Shown here one piece after another: positions 1 to 13,789 of a stretch of 64,000 nucleotides of DNA (the stretch's first letter is position 1; each line of letters opens with the position of its first letter). This DNA comes from Narcine bancroftii. Lineage: Eukaryota. The DNA lies in the NCBI RefSeq assembly GCF_036971445.1, contig NC_091472.1, forward strand, positions 171,492,001 to 171,556,000. Reading direction: 5' to 3'. Both the position numbers and the translations under genes were made by a program. The notes below the pieces were generated by a model. That model ran no database searches. It saw only the letters and a program-made list of their open reading frames with translations, and had not been told where the DNA came from.

Positions 1-52
1 TCCGTAAAACATTTGGTCCGAAGCATTTTGGATAAGGGGTGTTCAACCTGTA
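1..52. mobile_element. Terminal fragment of a Tigger/MER2-like DNA transposon
   Basis: Ends in ...TTTTGGATAAGGGGTGTTCAACCTG-TA, resembling pogo/Tigger-family termini followed by TA. Confidence 0.5.
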
Positions 53-2553
53 TTGCAAATTTGCATAAATCTATCCATCTTAAAACCTGATTTGAAACAA
101 GAAAGTGCAGACACTTAGATTATAGTAAATACACACAAATGTTAGAGAAATGCGGCAGGTCCTGCAGTGTCCTTAGGAGGTAAAGATAAACAACCAAAGT
201 TTCAGGCTTGAACCCTTCATCAAGGTACCAGCACGTTCCCTTATTTATTAAAACCTGTTTCGCATTCTTTGATCAAATTTCTACTTGTATTAGCAATCAG
301 CTCTTTGTAGAGTCTTGGGAAATGGGGAACAAACAGGAAAGTAGAAGATAATTCATTTGGTGGAGCAGATTTTGGGATGTGGGATGAATAGTTTTTTTAT
401 ATGCTCATATTGTATTTATTATTATGTATACTCGTGCTTGTATTTGATGGCTTCAGTAGAATTTTAGTGAAAGTTCACTCTGTTTGAAACAATGGTGTGG
501 GGTATGGGCTGAGGCCCAAAACATTGATCATCTCTTGCTTTCCCTGGTTGTTGTATGAGCTGCTGAGTTCTTCCAGCACTTTGGTGTATTGCTCTAGCTC
601 CAACTTTTGGAGATTCCATGTTTACCTCCTGTCTGGGTTACGAGGCACAATCTTGCTAACAGCAGGATTTGCTGTTTTTTTTAATAACAATATTACTCTG
701 CTGTTGGGATACTTTCGCATCTTCCATTTGGTAAAATTGGAGTTCTTATTTTTAAAATGTCATGCAACCAAATAAAAATTATAGGTATTTTTACAGATTT
801 ATTTATGGGTATTATTATAGTCTTATTTATTTGAAGAATCTTTATATTCTTTCATGTTATTATGAAGACAGTGATTTTTCTTTTGCTTTCACACCCTCAC
901 AACACAAATGAATAAATGATCATGCTGGCATTACAAAAAATATACAACATTAATAAAGAAAAAAAGAAAATACAAATTTGACTTTATATTTATACAGAGA
1001 GGGTTTTGAAGATAAATGTGCAGATTTTCTGGAGAGAATTCTGGGGCTACTTTTTAATGTTGAAAAAGCAAAATATTTGAGAATTAATTATATAAAATTG
1101 CCTCGAATTCCACACTTACTGGAAACGCGTAAATCAACAGTCATGAATTTGGCTGGGCTATGATGGCCCTCATGAACGTTTAGTTAATGACGTCTTCCTT
1201 TCTTGAGTTTGCACAGATCATAGGCACTTGGGTAAGGTTTAAAAGGTGCATGCTACTTTGGATTTGAAGCACAGTTAATATTTTGGAGAGCAGAAGACTG
1301 CTTTGAGGCGAGTTGGTAATATCTGGTTGTTAATAAGGATGAACCTGCTATTCATTTTTTTGTGAACCACAAAAAAAATTCTCATCAAAAAAGTAAGTTG
1401 TGTTTCAAATTAGGTTGATGATTGAGCAGATAAGTCCTCAGCTGTGAATATGACTCTTTAATACTTTCATCAGTCCTTTTGCTGAAATGCTGCTGAGTGA
1501 ATTGTTAGCAAGAGCTGATGATTCAAACCAAAGTAAAATCAGAAAAGAACAACACCGAAATTTCACCAATATCCAAAATGATAACTAAAAATTAAGCTGT
1601 TCCCTTTTTCTTAAGAATCTGAGTAATGTACACTTATTCTTAATTTGATATTTTAAGAATTTCCTTGCAACTTTAAAAATGGATTGTTCAACCAGTGATA
1701 TCCTGCTAAATTATAGTCATTTATTTGATTAAATTCAGTAATTCAGGTTGTGCTGAGGACAGTGCAGACTATGAGCTATGATTGTGCTGTTCTAAACGGG
1801 TGATGCTCCCAACTATATTGGGATCCATTTGTAACAGTGCTTCAGTAAATAACAACTAAAATAATTACCTGAAGCCTCTCCAATTGTGTAAGGGCAAGTT
1901 GCAGTACTGTATCCATGTTTGCTTTATTACTCTCAATTGACCATTTCAAACAACACAAACTTTACAAACAACACATTAACTTGTTCTAAAGATGGTTCAA
2001 AATTTCCCTGGAAACCATTTACAATCAAATTCATAATTGCACATTTCAACTGTCAAATTGGATACAGTATGAAAGTTGCTGTGGGGCTTTGCCAATATTT
2101 GTGTTTTATGCACATGCCTCCATGTTGTGGTAACTGGGCAGTTTTATTATTGGACAAATTGTGTAATTGTATTTCTATAAGAAATTTGCGTGTACTGCAT
2201 TTCTGCTTGCTAGAATGGTTGCCTTGATTCCTCAAAAGATGGAAGGATCTACAATCACAGATGTGATCAGTTTTTAATTGATTAATGAACATTTTTTCTT
2301 GATTGAGCTACAACCATGGTTAAATGTTCATTTGCCTATGTACCTTTTACAGCCTGTGAAACTACGCAGCCAACAGGACCACCCATAAACATCTCAGCTG
2401 GGAATCCTAGGAAGGAACCAAAATAGTTCAATTATAGAACTCCTATTGATGTCACCAATGACTGGATCTCTCGTTGCATTACTCATAAGGAAGGAATTTC
2501 AAAATAGGTGGGAAACTGTGGCTTAACATCTTCCTCCCCCCTTGCATTGGCAG

Positions 2554-2717
2554 AGATGCACAGGACGCAGTCTATGGAAGAAATGGGTATGATTATGGAG
2601 TCTATCGCTTGCGTGTGGAGTTCCAGAGAGGCAGAGGAGTTGGCGGAGTCGGCGGTGGATCTCGAGGAAGACCAGGACCACCAGCCCGCAGATCAGATTT
2701 CAGGGTCATTGTCTCCG
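2554..2717 (+). CDS. SRSF9: Serine/arginine-rich splicing factor 9, exon 2 (end of RRM1, Gly linker, start of RRM2)
   Basis: cag|A GAT GCA... translates [54 protein letters not shown](G)|gt. Exon 1 is not in the window. Confidence 0.93.
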
Positions 2718-4579
2718 GTGCGTTTTTGTTTTCCGTTTCATGTTTGACAGCCAATGTTTTTGTTCTAAAGACCTGAATAGAGTTGGAAAACCCTTTATTG
2801 TAGAGTGTCCCTATAAAGCTGGGGTATCCATATGATGACCAACAACCCCAGCAAACCAACCCACAAAGCCCAGGCGACTATTTTTTAATTCTGTGTTTCG
2901 TTTGATTTAAGTTTTTTGATCTGGGAGGATTGGAATGGGCTGTTTGTTGATTAACCATCAATGAAAATATCAACGCCTGTTAATCCCAGCAAATTAACTG
3001 GAACACCTGTTTAGCCATTATGTTGGACTGCAAGGGACCATGAAATAAAATTGGAAATAAAGATTTGGACCCTGCTGGTATCAAGCAACTTCATTTTTTA
3101 AGGATGAAGATTATTGGCACAAGCATCTTCATGTGGATATTTACATAGCCTTATTCAACAAAACTACAGAATGCACAGCGTAGCAAATGCGTTATTTCTG
3201 CCTTCCCTTGGAATCTTCAATGTATCACCATAGTAGCTTTAGTTTAAAATCATGCACGATATAAAATGACTGGTTTGGAAAAAAAAATAGAAATTGTCCT
3301 TTTTAAAGCTCATCTATCATTATTTGCCAGTTCTTTCCATCACCCTTCAGACATTGGTTACTTGCAAGATTTTGGTACCACAGGGATCATCTAGTACCCA
3401 CCAAAACAACCATTCATCTTGAGATGAGCCTATCCAGCAACTTCTTTGACCCTCTGAAAGCCATACTGTCTGATCCCATCATTCAGTGTCCACACTGAGG
3501 ATTTTTACTGTGAGAATAACTCAGGAGAAAATCATCAGGATTCCTACCCCTTTAATCCAAGGGTGCCAAAGTCGATTGGAACAGCACATATGAAACAAGC
3601 TTGTTCATAGTTTGATACCATTCATCTTGAAGTGGCACTGATTGCTTGGAGTAGAAACAAAAATGTTGGATTGTATTGGATCAGTCAACATCTTAAAAAG
3701 AAAAAGACAAACTATCTTTTTCGACTTCGTGCTGACTGACCCCCTTTTGGTCTACTATTTTTGTCCCTTATTTCCAGAATTTATTTAAATTCTGCTAATT
3801 GATATTCCTGGACCGATGCTTCTAACTTCATGAAGAAAACAAGGATGTGAGGCCCATTCATTTCCATCATATTGAAGAAAATGTTGGGACAAAGCACATT
3901 CTTTCTGGATTGATTCTTCAGAGATGCTGCTTAATTATGCTGGACACTTATTTTCCATATTGACTTGGTATTAATGGTCTATGGCCAATACTTCCTGAAC
4001 TCAATCCATTTTGTACATGGGTCTCTTTCACTTGCGGAATGAGCGGAAAGTTTTAATAAAATCATGGAAATGAATTAAAAGTTCTGAGGGTGAAAACTGA
4101 GAACAGCTGAAATCAGATTTGGTATTTTCACTACCCTGGAACTATTAATGCAAAATTCCAATACGTGGACACCAATTAACACAACAGGTCACAGAACTTG
4201 CCCTGCATATTTCACACAAACCTTTTCTGGGTTACAAAAAAGACACTTCATTAAACCCTTCCTTAATTAGCACTTAAAATGTGTTCAATCCTAACCTGAT
4301 TTGGGAGAATACTTGCAGCAAATTAGTGCACACATACTGTTTTAGGAGATGGTTGAATGCAATTGAAATTTCTAAGAAGAGCTGTTCACATTCTGTTTTA
4401 TCTTTTCTGCTAACTTTGAAAAACAGAGTTCTGGAGGTGATTTATTTAAATATTCACTTATTTTTCTTGTTATTTCTTCATTTTTGCAGTGTTCTGAATG
4501 AAGCCTCATTGGCGGTTGTGCATTCAGTACTTTCCAATTCATTTACCAGGATTAACATTTGCATTTCTTTCCTGTGTAG

Positions 4580-4752
4580 GGCTTCCTCCCTCTGGTAGCT
4601 GGCAGGATTTGAAAGATCATATGCGAGAAGCTGGTGATGTTTGCTATGCAGATGTTTTGGGAGAAGGTGCTGGAGTGGTGGAATTTCTTCGCAAGGAGGA
4701 CATGGATTATGCAATAAGAAAGCTCGACGATACAAAATTTCGCTCTCATGAG
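4580..4752 (+). CDS. SRSF9: SRSF9 exon 3 (RRM2 with SWQDLKD motif)
   Basis: tag|..[57 protein letters not shown]|gttagt; phase matches exon 2. Confidence 0.95.
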
Positions 4753-5213
4753 GTTAGTTTATTTGTGCTAAGTTCAGATATGCTTTAGAAAAGTTTGCAA
4801 TATTTAGTTGTTGCATTAGTGGTGCCATTTCTCAGTAGTTCTGTTGGTAAGTGTGTATCTTAGGTGCTACAGATATGTGATTGTCATTGAATAACAGGCG
4901 ACTCCTATGTTACAGCCATTTGAGTTCCAGAAATTTGCCCTTACAGAATTCACAGAACATTCCTATAAAAAATAGATATGGAATAAAATTCAATCTTATG
5001 TAATTTGAGGGAAAGGGTTAATAAATAATTTATTTTCAACTCTCATTGATTGGCATATCCACGGATGACATTGGCTTTCCCCCTTCATAATGATTTTGAT
5101 TAAACTAGAAAAAAGCTACTTTATTTGTTGCTTCTGATTTGGCAATGGAGAGATGAATCTGCTTGGGCTGGACTTGTTTTTTAGAACAAAATATGAATAA
5201 AGGCTAAGACTAA

Positions 5214-5832
5214 ACACTCCTGCTGTTCGGCTCCGAATCATGGGTCCTCTACCGGCATCACCTATGGCTCCTAGAACGCTTCCACCAGCATTGTCTCCGC
5301 TCCATCCTCAACATTCATTGGAGCGACTTCATCCCTAACATCGAAGTACTCGAGATGGCAGAGGCCAACAGCATCGAGTCCACGCTGCTGAAGATCTGGG
5401 TGGGTCACGTCTCCAGAATGGAGGACCATCGCCTTCCCAAGATCGTGTTATATGGTGAGCTCTCCACTGGCCACCGTGACAGAGGTGCACCAAAGAAGAG
5501 GTACAAGGACTACCTAAAGAAATCTCTTGGTGCCTGCCACATTGACCACCGCCAGTGGGCTGATATCGCCTCAAACCGTACATCTTGGCGCCTCACAGTT
5601 TGGCGGCAGCAACCTCCTTTGAAGTAGACCGCAGAGCCCACCTCACTGACAAAAGACAAAGGAGGAAAAACCCAACACCCAACCCCAACCAACCAATTTT
5701 CCCTTGCAACCGCTGCAACCGTGTTTGCCTGTCCCGCATCGGACTTGTCAGCCACAAACGAGCCTGCAGCTGACGTGGACATTTACCCCCTCCATAAATC
5801 TTCGTCCGCGAAGCCAAGCCAAAAAAAGAAAA
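5214..5832 (+). mobile_element. 5'-truncated RTE-clade LINE (3' end)
   Basis: GHVSRMEDHRLPKIVLYGEL...GAPKKRYKD, C-terminal CxxC..H..C motif, 3' end GCGAAGCCAAGCCAAA; same family as 15386, 26486 and 31058. Confidence 0.88.
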
Positions 5833-6923
5833 CTGGTGACAAAATTTGCTCACAAAACACCAATTGTCTCTGCTAAGTTTATTAGTTTTCACTTTGGATG
5901 ATGCAGTTGTAATACTTTGGTAGATTGAGAATTGATCTTAAAGGACAACAGTAGAAATGTGATAATCTGTGTAGCCTGGGTAACTATGAATAAATTGAGC
6001 ATTGGTTTACTTTTAAAATATATTGCTTATTAAGTTTGCATGAGAAACTAATGATATTGTGCACATTTGAGATGAGATATGTAGCATCTCATTATCTACC
6101 ATCTAACTATGCCCTACAATATCCATTTAATTAGAGAATAGAATTTGTGATGAGACCCAAAAGTGATTGTTTTCTTCGTAGTGAACTAGAGAAAGTTGTG
6201 GCTCATCCAAAACTACACATCATATAATTAAACTGACAATGCAAAAGTAGTATAATAAGATCGAAAGTAGAATGGTCATGTGTGGCATTTAGATTATAAT
6301 GGGAAAATGGCCCCAATGGCTGCTGCTGTAGATGAGTAGGTGGTGTGCGTAAACTTAGGAGACCCCAAGGTTGATGATGGTTGAGATGCCTTGATGAAGC
6401 TTTGATAGTTAAGAATGGATACAGGCAAAGACAGTCCCACAAAGTGAATAGTAAAGGAAAAACAAATAATGGAGGCTATAAAAGATAGTTGGCTATTAGA
6501 TATGTTAATTAATAAAATATTTTTGTGTATAAAGGAGAAACAATAGAGATAATGGCAGTTCATTCAAGATTGAGACAAACATTATGATTTAGAAAATTCA
6601 AAGATCCATGAAGTTTGCATATTATGTTTGAGGTGAAATTGAAAGGACAAGGAGAAGGGCTTAAGGACACAACTGCTTAAAAAAGAAAAAAAGCTTAGAG
6701 TTCTGCCAATCATCAGGATTTTGCTTGAGAAAATAAACATTAAGGCAGATCTAGCCAATATCTGTTTCTTGTTAGATATGTGTTCTGCTTTATTTTTTCA
6801 TATCAATGACGACTTATCTAATGCAAAAGAGTGCAGGTTTTTTCTCAGTCTTGTGGTTTGAGACTTGGAAACCCTTCACTTTTTGTTACTCCAGGAAAAC
6901 AGATGAGGGAGGCACTGACAGTA

Positions 6924-8962
6924 CAGGTATGCACCGCTTAACATCCGTTCTGGAAACGTCCAATCTCATATATGTCCGGGGTCCCATAAGGTTATAATAG
7001 TTTAGAAATCCCCATCATAGAACAGGGTGTAGTGGATTTGTGCAATAACTTCCCGCATGCAACACGTGTATTTCGTCTTTTGCATACAAAGGCTTACATA
7101 TGTAGGAACCGTACTTTCTATCTTTCATGTCTCTCAAACACAGCAAAACCAGTGCTGGTGATAGCAGTAGCAAGAGACAAAGAAGTATTGATTTGGAAGT
7201 GAAACAAAAGGTTATTAAACAACACAAAGGTGGGAAAACAGTGAATGATATTCTCATGATTTAGGCATGTTGCACTCGACAAACATGACAATCTTCAAAA
7301 ACAAAGAAAATTCTCCAAGCTGTTAAAGGATTGGTTCCACTGAAAGCTACAAGGCTAATGAAAATATGAGAGGGACCCTATAATCAAATATAGAAAAATT
7401 GCTAATGTCGTGGATTGAGGACCAAACACAAAAGCGAGTCCCTCTCAGCATGTTGACGATCACTGCTAAGACATGAAGCTTGTTCCAGATGCTTAAAGAA
7501 AAAGCAGGACCAGACTACGATATCGTGTTTAGTACTGATGGTTCTGGAGTACTACTCTCGATGGTTCAGTCGCTTTAAACAACATTTTTTGTTGCATAAA
7601 GTGAGTCTGGGAGTGCTGATGTAAAGGCAGCAGAAGAAGTTGTTGAAGCCTTAAATAAATTCATTGTAGAGGGACAAAATCTCCTTATTCTGGAAGCAAA
7701 TGCCTGAAAGGACCTTCATCCATAAGGAGGCCAAGTCGATGCCAGGCTGTAAGGCTTTTAAAAACCGAGTGACAGTGTTGTTAGAAGGCAATGTTGCTGG
7801 CTACAAGTTGAAGCCATTTCTTATTTCTCAAAGGGAAAACCCCAGGGCTTTCAAGAACATTAGCAAATACACCTTACTGGTTTATTACAGAAGCGATTTT
7901 TAACAAGTCCTGGATGACACAAATGCTGTTTCAGGATGCCCTTCTCGATTGCTACGCCAGTAAATGGAGAAGTACTGCTTGGAAGAAGGTATATCTTTCA
8001 AGATTTCACCAATGAAAGGACACCACCTTTTTAATCCAGCCAATGGACCATGGGGTTATTGCAGCATTCGAGCCCTGCTCTTTGAGGACGACCTTTACTC
8101 AGGGTGTTGCTGCAACTGATGACACTGGCAAGACACTGATACATTTCTAGGAGTACAACATTTTCCACTGCACAAAGAACCTTCCTTGGGCCTGGAATGA
8201 TGTAACCACAGAGTGCATGAATGGCAGATATAAAAAAACAAAATACTGAGGCAGTATGTGCAAGTGATTTGAAAAAGATGATGAGAAACCTGGTAAACAA
8301 CAACCTGAACCTAGACATAAATGATGAGGACATTGAAGAACTCCTAGAGGTGATTCCTGAGGAACTAACAAATGAAGAGTTGCTGGAGCTAGAGCAAATA
8401 GCTGAAGGAAAGGCAAGGGAAAAATAAACTGCAGGAGAAGAAGAACAGGTGCAGAAGAGGTTCACTGTTAAGGGGTTAGCCATATTCTTTGCAAACCGTA
8501 GCAGCTTGCTGAAGAGTGCTGGACCCAAATACTGAATGCTTTTCGAGCAGTGTTTGCTGCATATGAAGAAATTTAAGAAAAGAAAAAGCAATCTAGGCAA
8601 ACAACACTGGACATATCTCTGAAGAAGCCAACACCTTCCCAGGAAGAACCTCAGGCAGGCCCTTAAGGCATTACAGAGTGATAGTTAATCAGTGGAGGTT
8701 ATTTGACCTGCCACTCTTCCAGTGGAACACTGAGGAAGTGGAGAACAGTGATGTGGATGATCCTTATCCTCTTTGTTAAATTATGTGTGATATAGGATAA
8801 GGAAGTGTTTACATTAAAGTTTAAAAAAAAATTGTTTAATTTAGCTCAAGTTCAGTAACCCATATAGCTTTGCTAAGTATAAACAGTAATATGGTGTTCA
8901 CCCAACATCCACATTGCCAATCTTCACAGAGCGTATCGGGGATGTTAAGTGGCACATACCTG
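6924..8962 (+). mobile_element. Degenerate Tigger/pogo DNA transposon with both TIRs
   Basis: TA|CAGGTATGCACCGCTTAACATCC ... GGATGTTAAGTGGCACATACCTG|TA (23-bp TIR, 3 mismatches); broken transposase fragments such as MPERTFIHKEAKSMPGCKAFKNRVTVLL and IQPMDHGVI-like text. Confidence 0.88.
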
Positions 8963-10066
8963 TACTAAGACTGAGATACTGAGAAGGGTCAAAACACTTT
9001 GTGGGTTCCAACCTGGAATGGTTACCACTGTGAATGGAAATGCTGAAGCTTGAAAAATAAATTATCTTAAAAGTTTGAAGCATACAAATATCTTGATGGC
9101 TGTCATGAAACAAAGGGCATCCACTCTGCACTCTTGGCTGGAGAAATAGCATTGTTAATTAATTGATAAACTTCCCTTAATTACAGGATAAAAACCAGAA
9201 ACCGTGCCCTTGAGATTTTGATGTTAAGAAGCCTGTGTCCAGTTGCACAAACTTCAATATTTACATCGACTGAGTTAACTGAACTTATTCTTCATTATTG
9301 AGTATTGTTTCCATTGGTGATGGTGTGAACCATGAAGGAGTACAGAATAGAGCCTGTTAGCATTCATACTGTGTTAACACAGCTGGTGCCATTGAAATTA
9401 CAGGTAGTTCTCAACTTACGACTGTTTTCTGTCCAACCGGTCATATCTTGAAATGGACAGGCATTGGAAATTTACTCCGTTTTATTGTTCGTCAAATACA
9501 ACATGGTGACCTGCTCTCATGAAAGTTGGCCACCAGCCAGCTTTCACGAGCAGTTGACGACACTATTTTCCTTAGATAGCCCCCTACTTTCATTCGAAAA
9601 GTATAATTTTTATATTTACATTTTTTTTTAATTGGTCACAATTTTATGCTGTAAGACGCATATACAATGCCAAGAAAGGAGAAAAGTGGAAATTTGAGAA
9701 GACAAATTATTGCAATAAGATTCAATAATTACCACTTAATCATAGATTTGTTGTACCAGTGCAGAACAATTAATACAGAAAGTTGGAAGAAACTCTTCTC
9801 CAGATGTTGCAGTAATTCAGGTGTTTCCTAAAAGGTTAATGCAGGTTCAGTATAAAATGCCCAGAACATTCATTGCCATATTCCACATAAATTACCATTT
9901 TCTTGCAGAGAATACTTCACAGCATCCACAACAAAATTGTTCTTCTTTCTATAACTATGAATTGTGGACCATGGAAAGATTCCCAAATGTGTACATAACT
10001 GCAGAATCTTGTTCTTCATTCAAATGCAGCAATAACCACTGGATATAAAGCAGAGGCTGAAGGGCA

Positions 10067-11524
10067 CAGTATATGTTTAGGACAAAGATGCTTTATTCCT
10101 TTATTTGTATCTGTTTTACATTTGTAATCAAAAAATTCACGTGATTGAAGTGCACATTTCAGATTTTTATTCAAGTTTTTATTGGTTTGACCATTTAGAA
10201 ATTACAGCACTTTTTATACATAGTCCCCTCACTTCAGGGCACCATAATATTTGGCACATAGCAAATGTATATTAAAATAGTCATGTTTAGTACTTTGTTG
10301 CATATTCCTTGCATGCAATGACTGCTTGAAGTCTGATTCATAGACATCACCAGGTGCTGAGTCTCTTCTCTGGTGATGCTATGCCAGAAATCTGCTGGAC
10401 CCATCTTCAGCTCCTGCTTGTTTTGGGAGCTTGTCCTCAAGTTTTTTTTTCGCTCAATTGGATTTAGATCGAGTGATTGCCTTAGCAGTATGTTTGGGAT
10501 TATTGTCTTGTAGGATGAAGTGCCATCTAATGGGTTTGGAGGCATTTCCTTGAACCTGAGCAGATGTTTCTATACACTTCAGAATCATTTTGCTACTGCC
10601 ATCAGCAGTTACATCATCAATGAAGATATATACCAGCACCTGTGGCAGCCGTACATGCCCAGGCCATAACACCCCCACCACGATCTTTCACAGATGAGAT
10701 GGTCTGCTTTGCATCTTGAGCAATTCCTTTACACCTCCACACTTTGCTCTTGCCATCACTCTGATACAGATTAATCTTGTTCTCATCTGTTCACAAGACA
10801 TTTTTCCAAAATTCTGAAATCTCTTTTAAATATTTCTTGACAAATGGTAATCTGGCCATCCCTTTTCAGCTAACTAATGATTTGCACCTTTCAGTATAGC
10901 CTCTATTTCTGTTCATGAAGTCTTCTGCGGATGGTAGTCATGGACACATCCACAGCTGCCTCCTGAAGAGTGTTTCTGATCTGTTGGACAGGTGTTTGGG
11001 GATTTTTCTTCATTATGATGAGAACTCTTGTCATCCTTGGCCTCCTAGTCCCGATACAATTACTGAGCTCACCTTTTTAATGGTCTTCCAAATAGTTGAT
11101 TTTTGTAATCCTAAGGTTTGGGCTATGTCACTTTCTGACTTATTCTTGTTTTTCACCCTCATCGTGGCTTCTTTGACTTTCATTGGCTCAACTCTGGTCT
11201 CAGACTCAGACTCCAAAGGTGATCAAAAGCAAGCCTATCTCTCTTATACCTGTGCCAATAAAGCAATTAAACATTCCTGAATACTCACAATCACCTGTAA
11301 AGCCAAATGTCCCAAACTTTATGGTGCCCAGAAATGGGGGAAACTATGTATAAAAAGTGCTGTAATTCTAACATTGTCAAACCAAAATGTCTGTGAAATA
11401 ACCTTGAATAAAATCTGGAATGTGTACTTTAATCACATGTGAATTGTTTACTTTCAATTTTGAAACTGGTGCACAAGGGAAACTAAAGGAAAAAAAGTCT
11501 TTGACCCAAACATGGAGGGTACTG
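10067..11524 (-). mobile_element. Degenerate Tc1-like transposon with long (IR/DR-type) inverted repeats
   Basis: ~200-bp imperfect inverted repeats (10067-10260 vs 11305-11524); minus-strand fragments ESDIAQTLGLQKSTIWKTIKK (HTH) and FILQDNNPKHTAK (QDNDPKH motif). Confidence 0.85.
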
Positions 11525-12074
11525 TAATTACATCTCTGCTGCCACACTTTAGTAGATGGATTTTGGTTTGTTTGCTTAGTTACGCATTGGCTAAACAATA
11601 TGGGATGTGGTAGAGATTTTTTCATTGGTGAAAATGTAGTTTTACAAACATTGAATGTGTGCATGAAGCCCAGAAGCAGAATAAGTATTTCTCTGCCCTA
11701 GTAACATGACTCAGTTTTGAACTCTCAACACTTTGTGGTTTAGCTTGGAGAACTATGCCCACTTCCATTGTCAGCCATTCTGTGCTCTCTTTGAGACCTT
11801 GGTTGATTGCTGGATAGAGTTTGGTCTGTAAGCATGCACTTAGCAGGAACTGAATTCAGACACCCATCTTATTTACCTCGCCCTTTTGGGAAGTGGACAC
11901 GTTATCCTATAAATTTGAAATGGAATTTCAAAAAAAAAGTGATAAATCATTGTGCTGCTATAATATGGTAGATTCCTCTTCCTCTGTCTGTTGAAGTAGG
12001 AATTGTTGTGAATGCTTCAGTCAAATCTTTTCCAACACAATCTACTATCTCTAATACCCATCTTTTCTTTCTAG

Positions 12075-12224
12075 GGAGAAACAGCATATATTCGAGTTCG
12101 TGCTGACAAGCCCAGAAGTTCTAGTTATGAGAGATCAAGATCAAGGTCTCTCTCTCGAGGTCGTTATTCTCCCTATCAAAGCAGAAGCTCCCCTCGATAT
12201 TCACCGAAACCTCAATATAGATGA
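12075..12224 (+). CDS. SRSF9: SRSF9 last coding exon (RS domain)
   Basis: ttttctttctag|[49 protein letters not shown]; AATAAA at 12314 and 12397. Confidence 0.93.
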   Translation, partial: GETAYIRVRADKPRSSSYERSRSRSLSRGRYSPYQSRSSPRYSPKPQYR

Positions 12225-12313
12225 GGACTTGGCAGTCACAAATTTCTTTTTAATCCACATTCCATCACCGACAGTTTTTTTTCCTTCAGTTCTATATTTC
12301 ATGCGATGCTTTG

Positions 12314-12402
12314 AATAAACTTGTTTTTTCTTTTTATTGTTGACTCTGTCAATCTTTGCTGCCTTCAGTTTACTTAACACACTTCCCATTTTATTAAATA
12401 AA
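12314..12402 (+). terminator. Candidate SRSF9 polyadenylation signals
   Basis: AATAAA at 12314-12319 and 12397-12402, with T/GT-rich sequence downstream. Confidence 0.55.
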
Positions 12403-13699
12403 AATGTAGCCAGGGAACTGGTGTGTTTATATCTTCAATACCACTAAACAGAGAGAAAACAAGGTAACGGGAATTAACTTCAATTATGTTGAACGTAAAT
12501 TATTAAGAAATAGGTTTTCCTGAATTCAAATTATGGAGGATGGTATTGTTGGAGGTGGTACAGATGCTTGTCTGTTTAGAAAGTGGCATTCCGGATATAG
12601 TTGCACATCTATGCAATGGCATTTCAGTGGATCGCGCTGGCAGCATTGTCTATTGGATGAGATTTTAAAATCATGACTTTCAAGCAGTCTTGAAGTTCAT
12701 CTGTAGATATAGTGAGAGTTTGAGCTGTTCAGCTCGTCAGCCCATTAGATAAATACAACAAACAGTTCAAAATAGCACAGAGTGCAGAATTACAGAGAGG
12801 GAGGCCAGCAGGACTGAGCACAGCCAACTTTATTTTACTTACAGAACTCGACAGCACAGAAAACTCTGGTGAGGTTTTTCAGCAAGAAAGAAACTCCCTG
12901 AATCTGCTAATGTGTGATATTGCACATGTGATCCTGAGAGAAGTGTGAGGCTGGGGTGGAATGAATCTTTCAATATGTTGGTTTCTTTTTTGAGCAGTTG
13001 GGAGGTGTAGTTTGGGAGTTGATTGGGGGAGGGGGTGTATGATGGTCACAACTCTGCAGCCTTGGGTAGAAGTTCTATTACTGCGCAGTGATGCCTCTAA
13101 CAGGATAAGTGGTGCATCTGTAGAAGTTGAGGGATGCAGGTGACATGCTAAATTTTCCAAGACTGATGAGGAAGTAGAGGCATTAATACATTTTCTTGGC
13201 CAAAGCAACATAGTTGGACACATTTACTTGGAACTTCAAGCTGTCTACAAACTCCACCTCAGTGCTATTGATGTGGACCGGGGAGGGAACTTCCTTTCTG
13301 GAGGTTTATGACCACTTCTCAGAATGTGCTACACTTTCATTTCACCCAGCCTTTTTATGAGGGTGGGAAATCTCACGAAAAAAACTAAAATGTGGAGCAG
13401 TACTTTGCTAGTGTGAGCTTACAGACACTCCTCAATTTTCTAGCATTGGATTCCCACCCACAGGTTTCTGCCTGAGGCAAACATACTGCCAGTGCTTTTC
13501 TGTATTTGTCTCAGTACAACCTTCATGACCTTTAATAACAAAATTCATTAAGAGAAATATGAATCCTTGTTGATATATTTCAAATATGATTGCACTACCC
13601 CTCAACAAAGTTCAAATGAAGTTTTGTTGCACTTGGGTCTTTGTGGATTAGCTGTGATCTCTAATGCAGTGTTGCTTCGACCTCTGTACATGTTCACAT

Positions 13700-13758
13700 T
13701 TACTCTTTGGAATGTTGAAGACCATCTCCCTCCTTTTTCTGTCGAAGTGGAATATTGC
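13700..13758 (-). CDS. GATC: GATC exon 5 (last coding exon)
   Basis: ttttaatttcag|GC AAT ATT CCA CTT... gives (G)NIPLRQKKEGDGLQHSKE*; phase 1 matches exon 4 and completes the conserved YFVAPPGNIPL. Confidence 0.88.
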
Positions 13759-13789
13759 CTGAAATTAAAACGTGTTTATTTGTATGCTA

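Noticed and set aside
2554-12224. Assignment as SRSF1
   Set aside because: The GRNGYDYG motif, short RS tail and adjacency to GATC fit SRSF9 better
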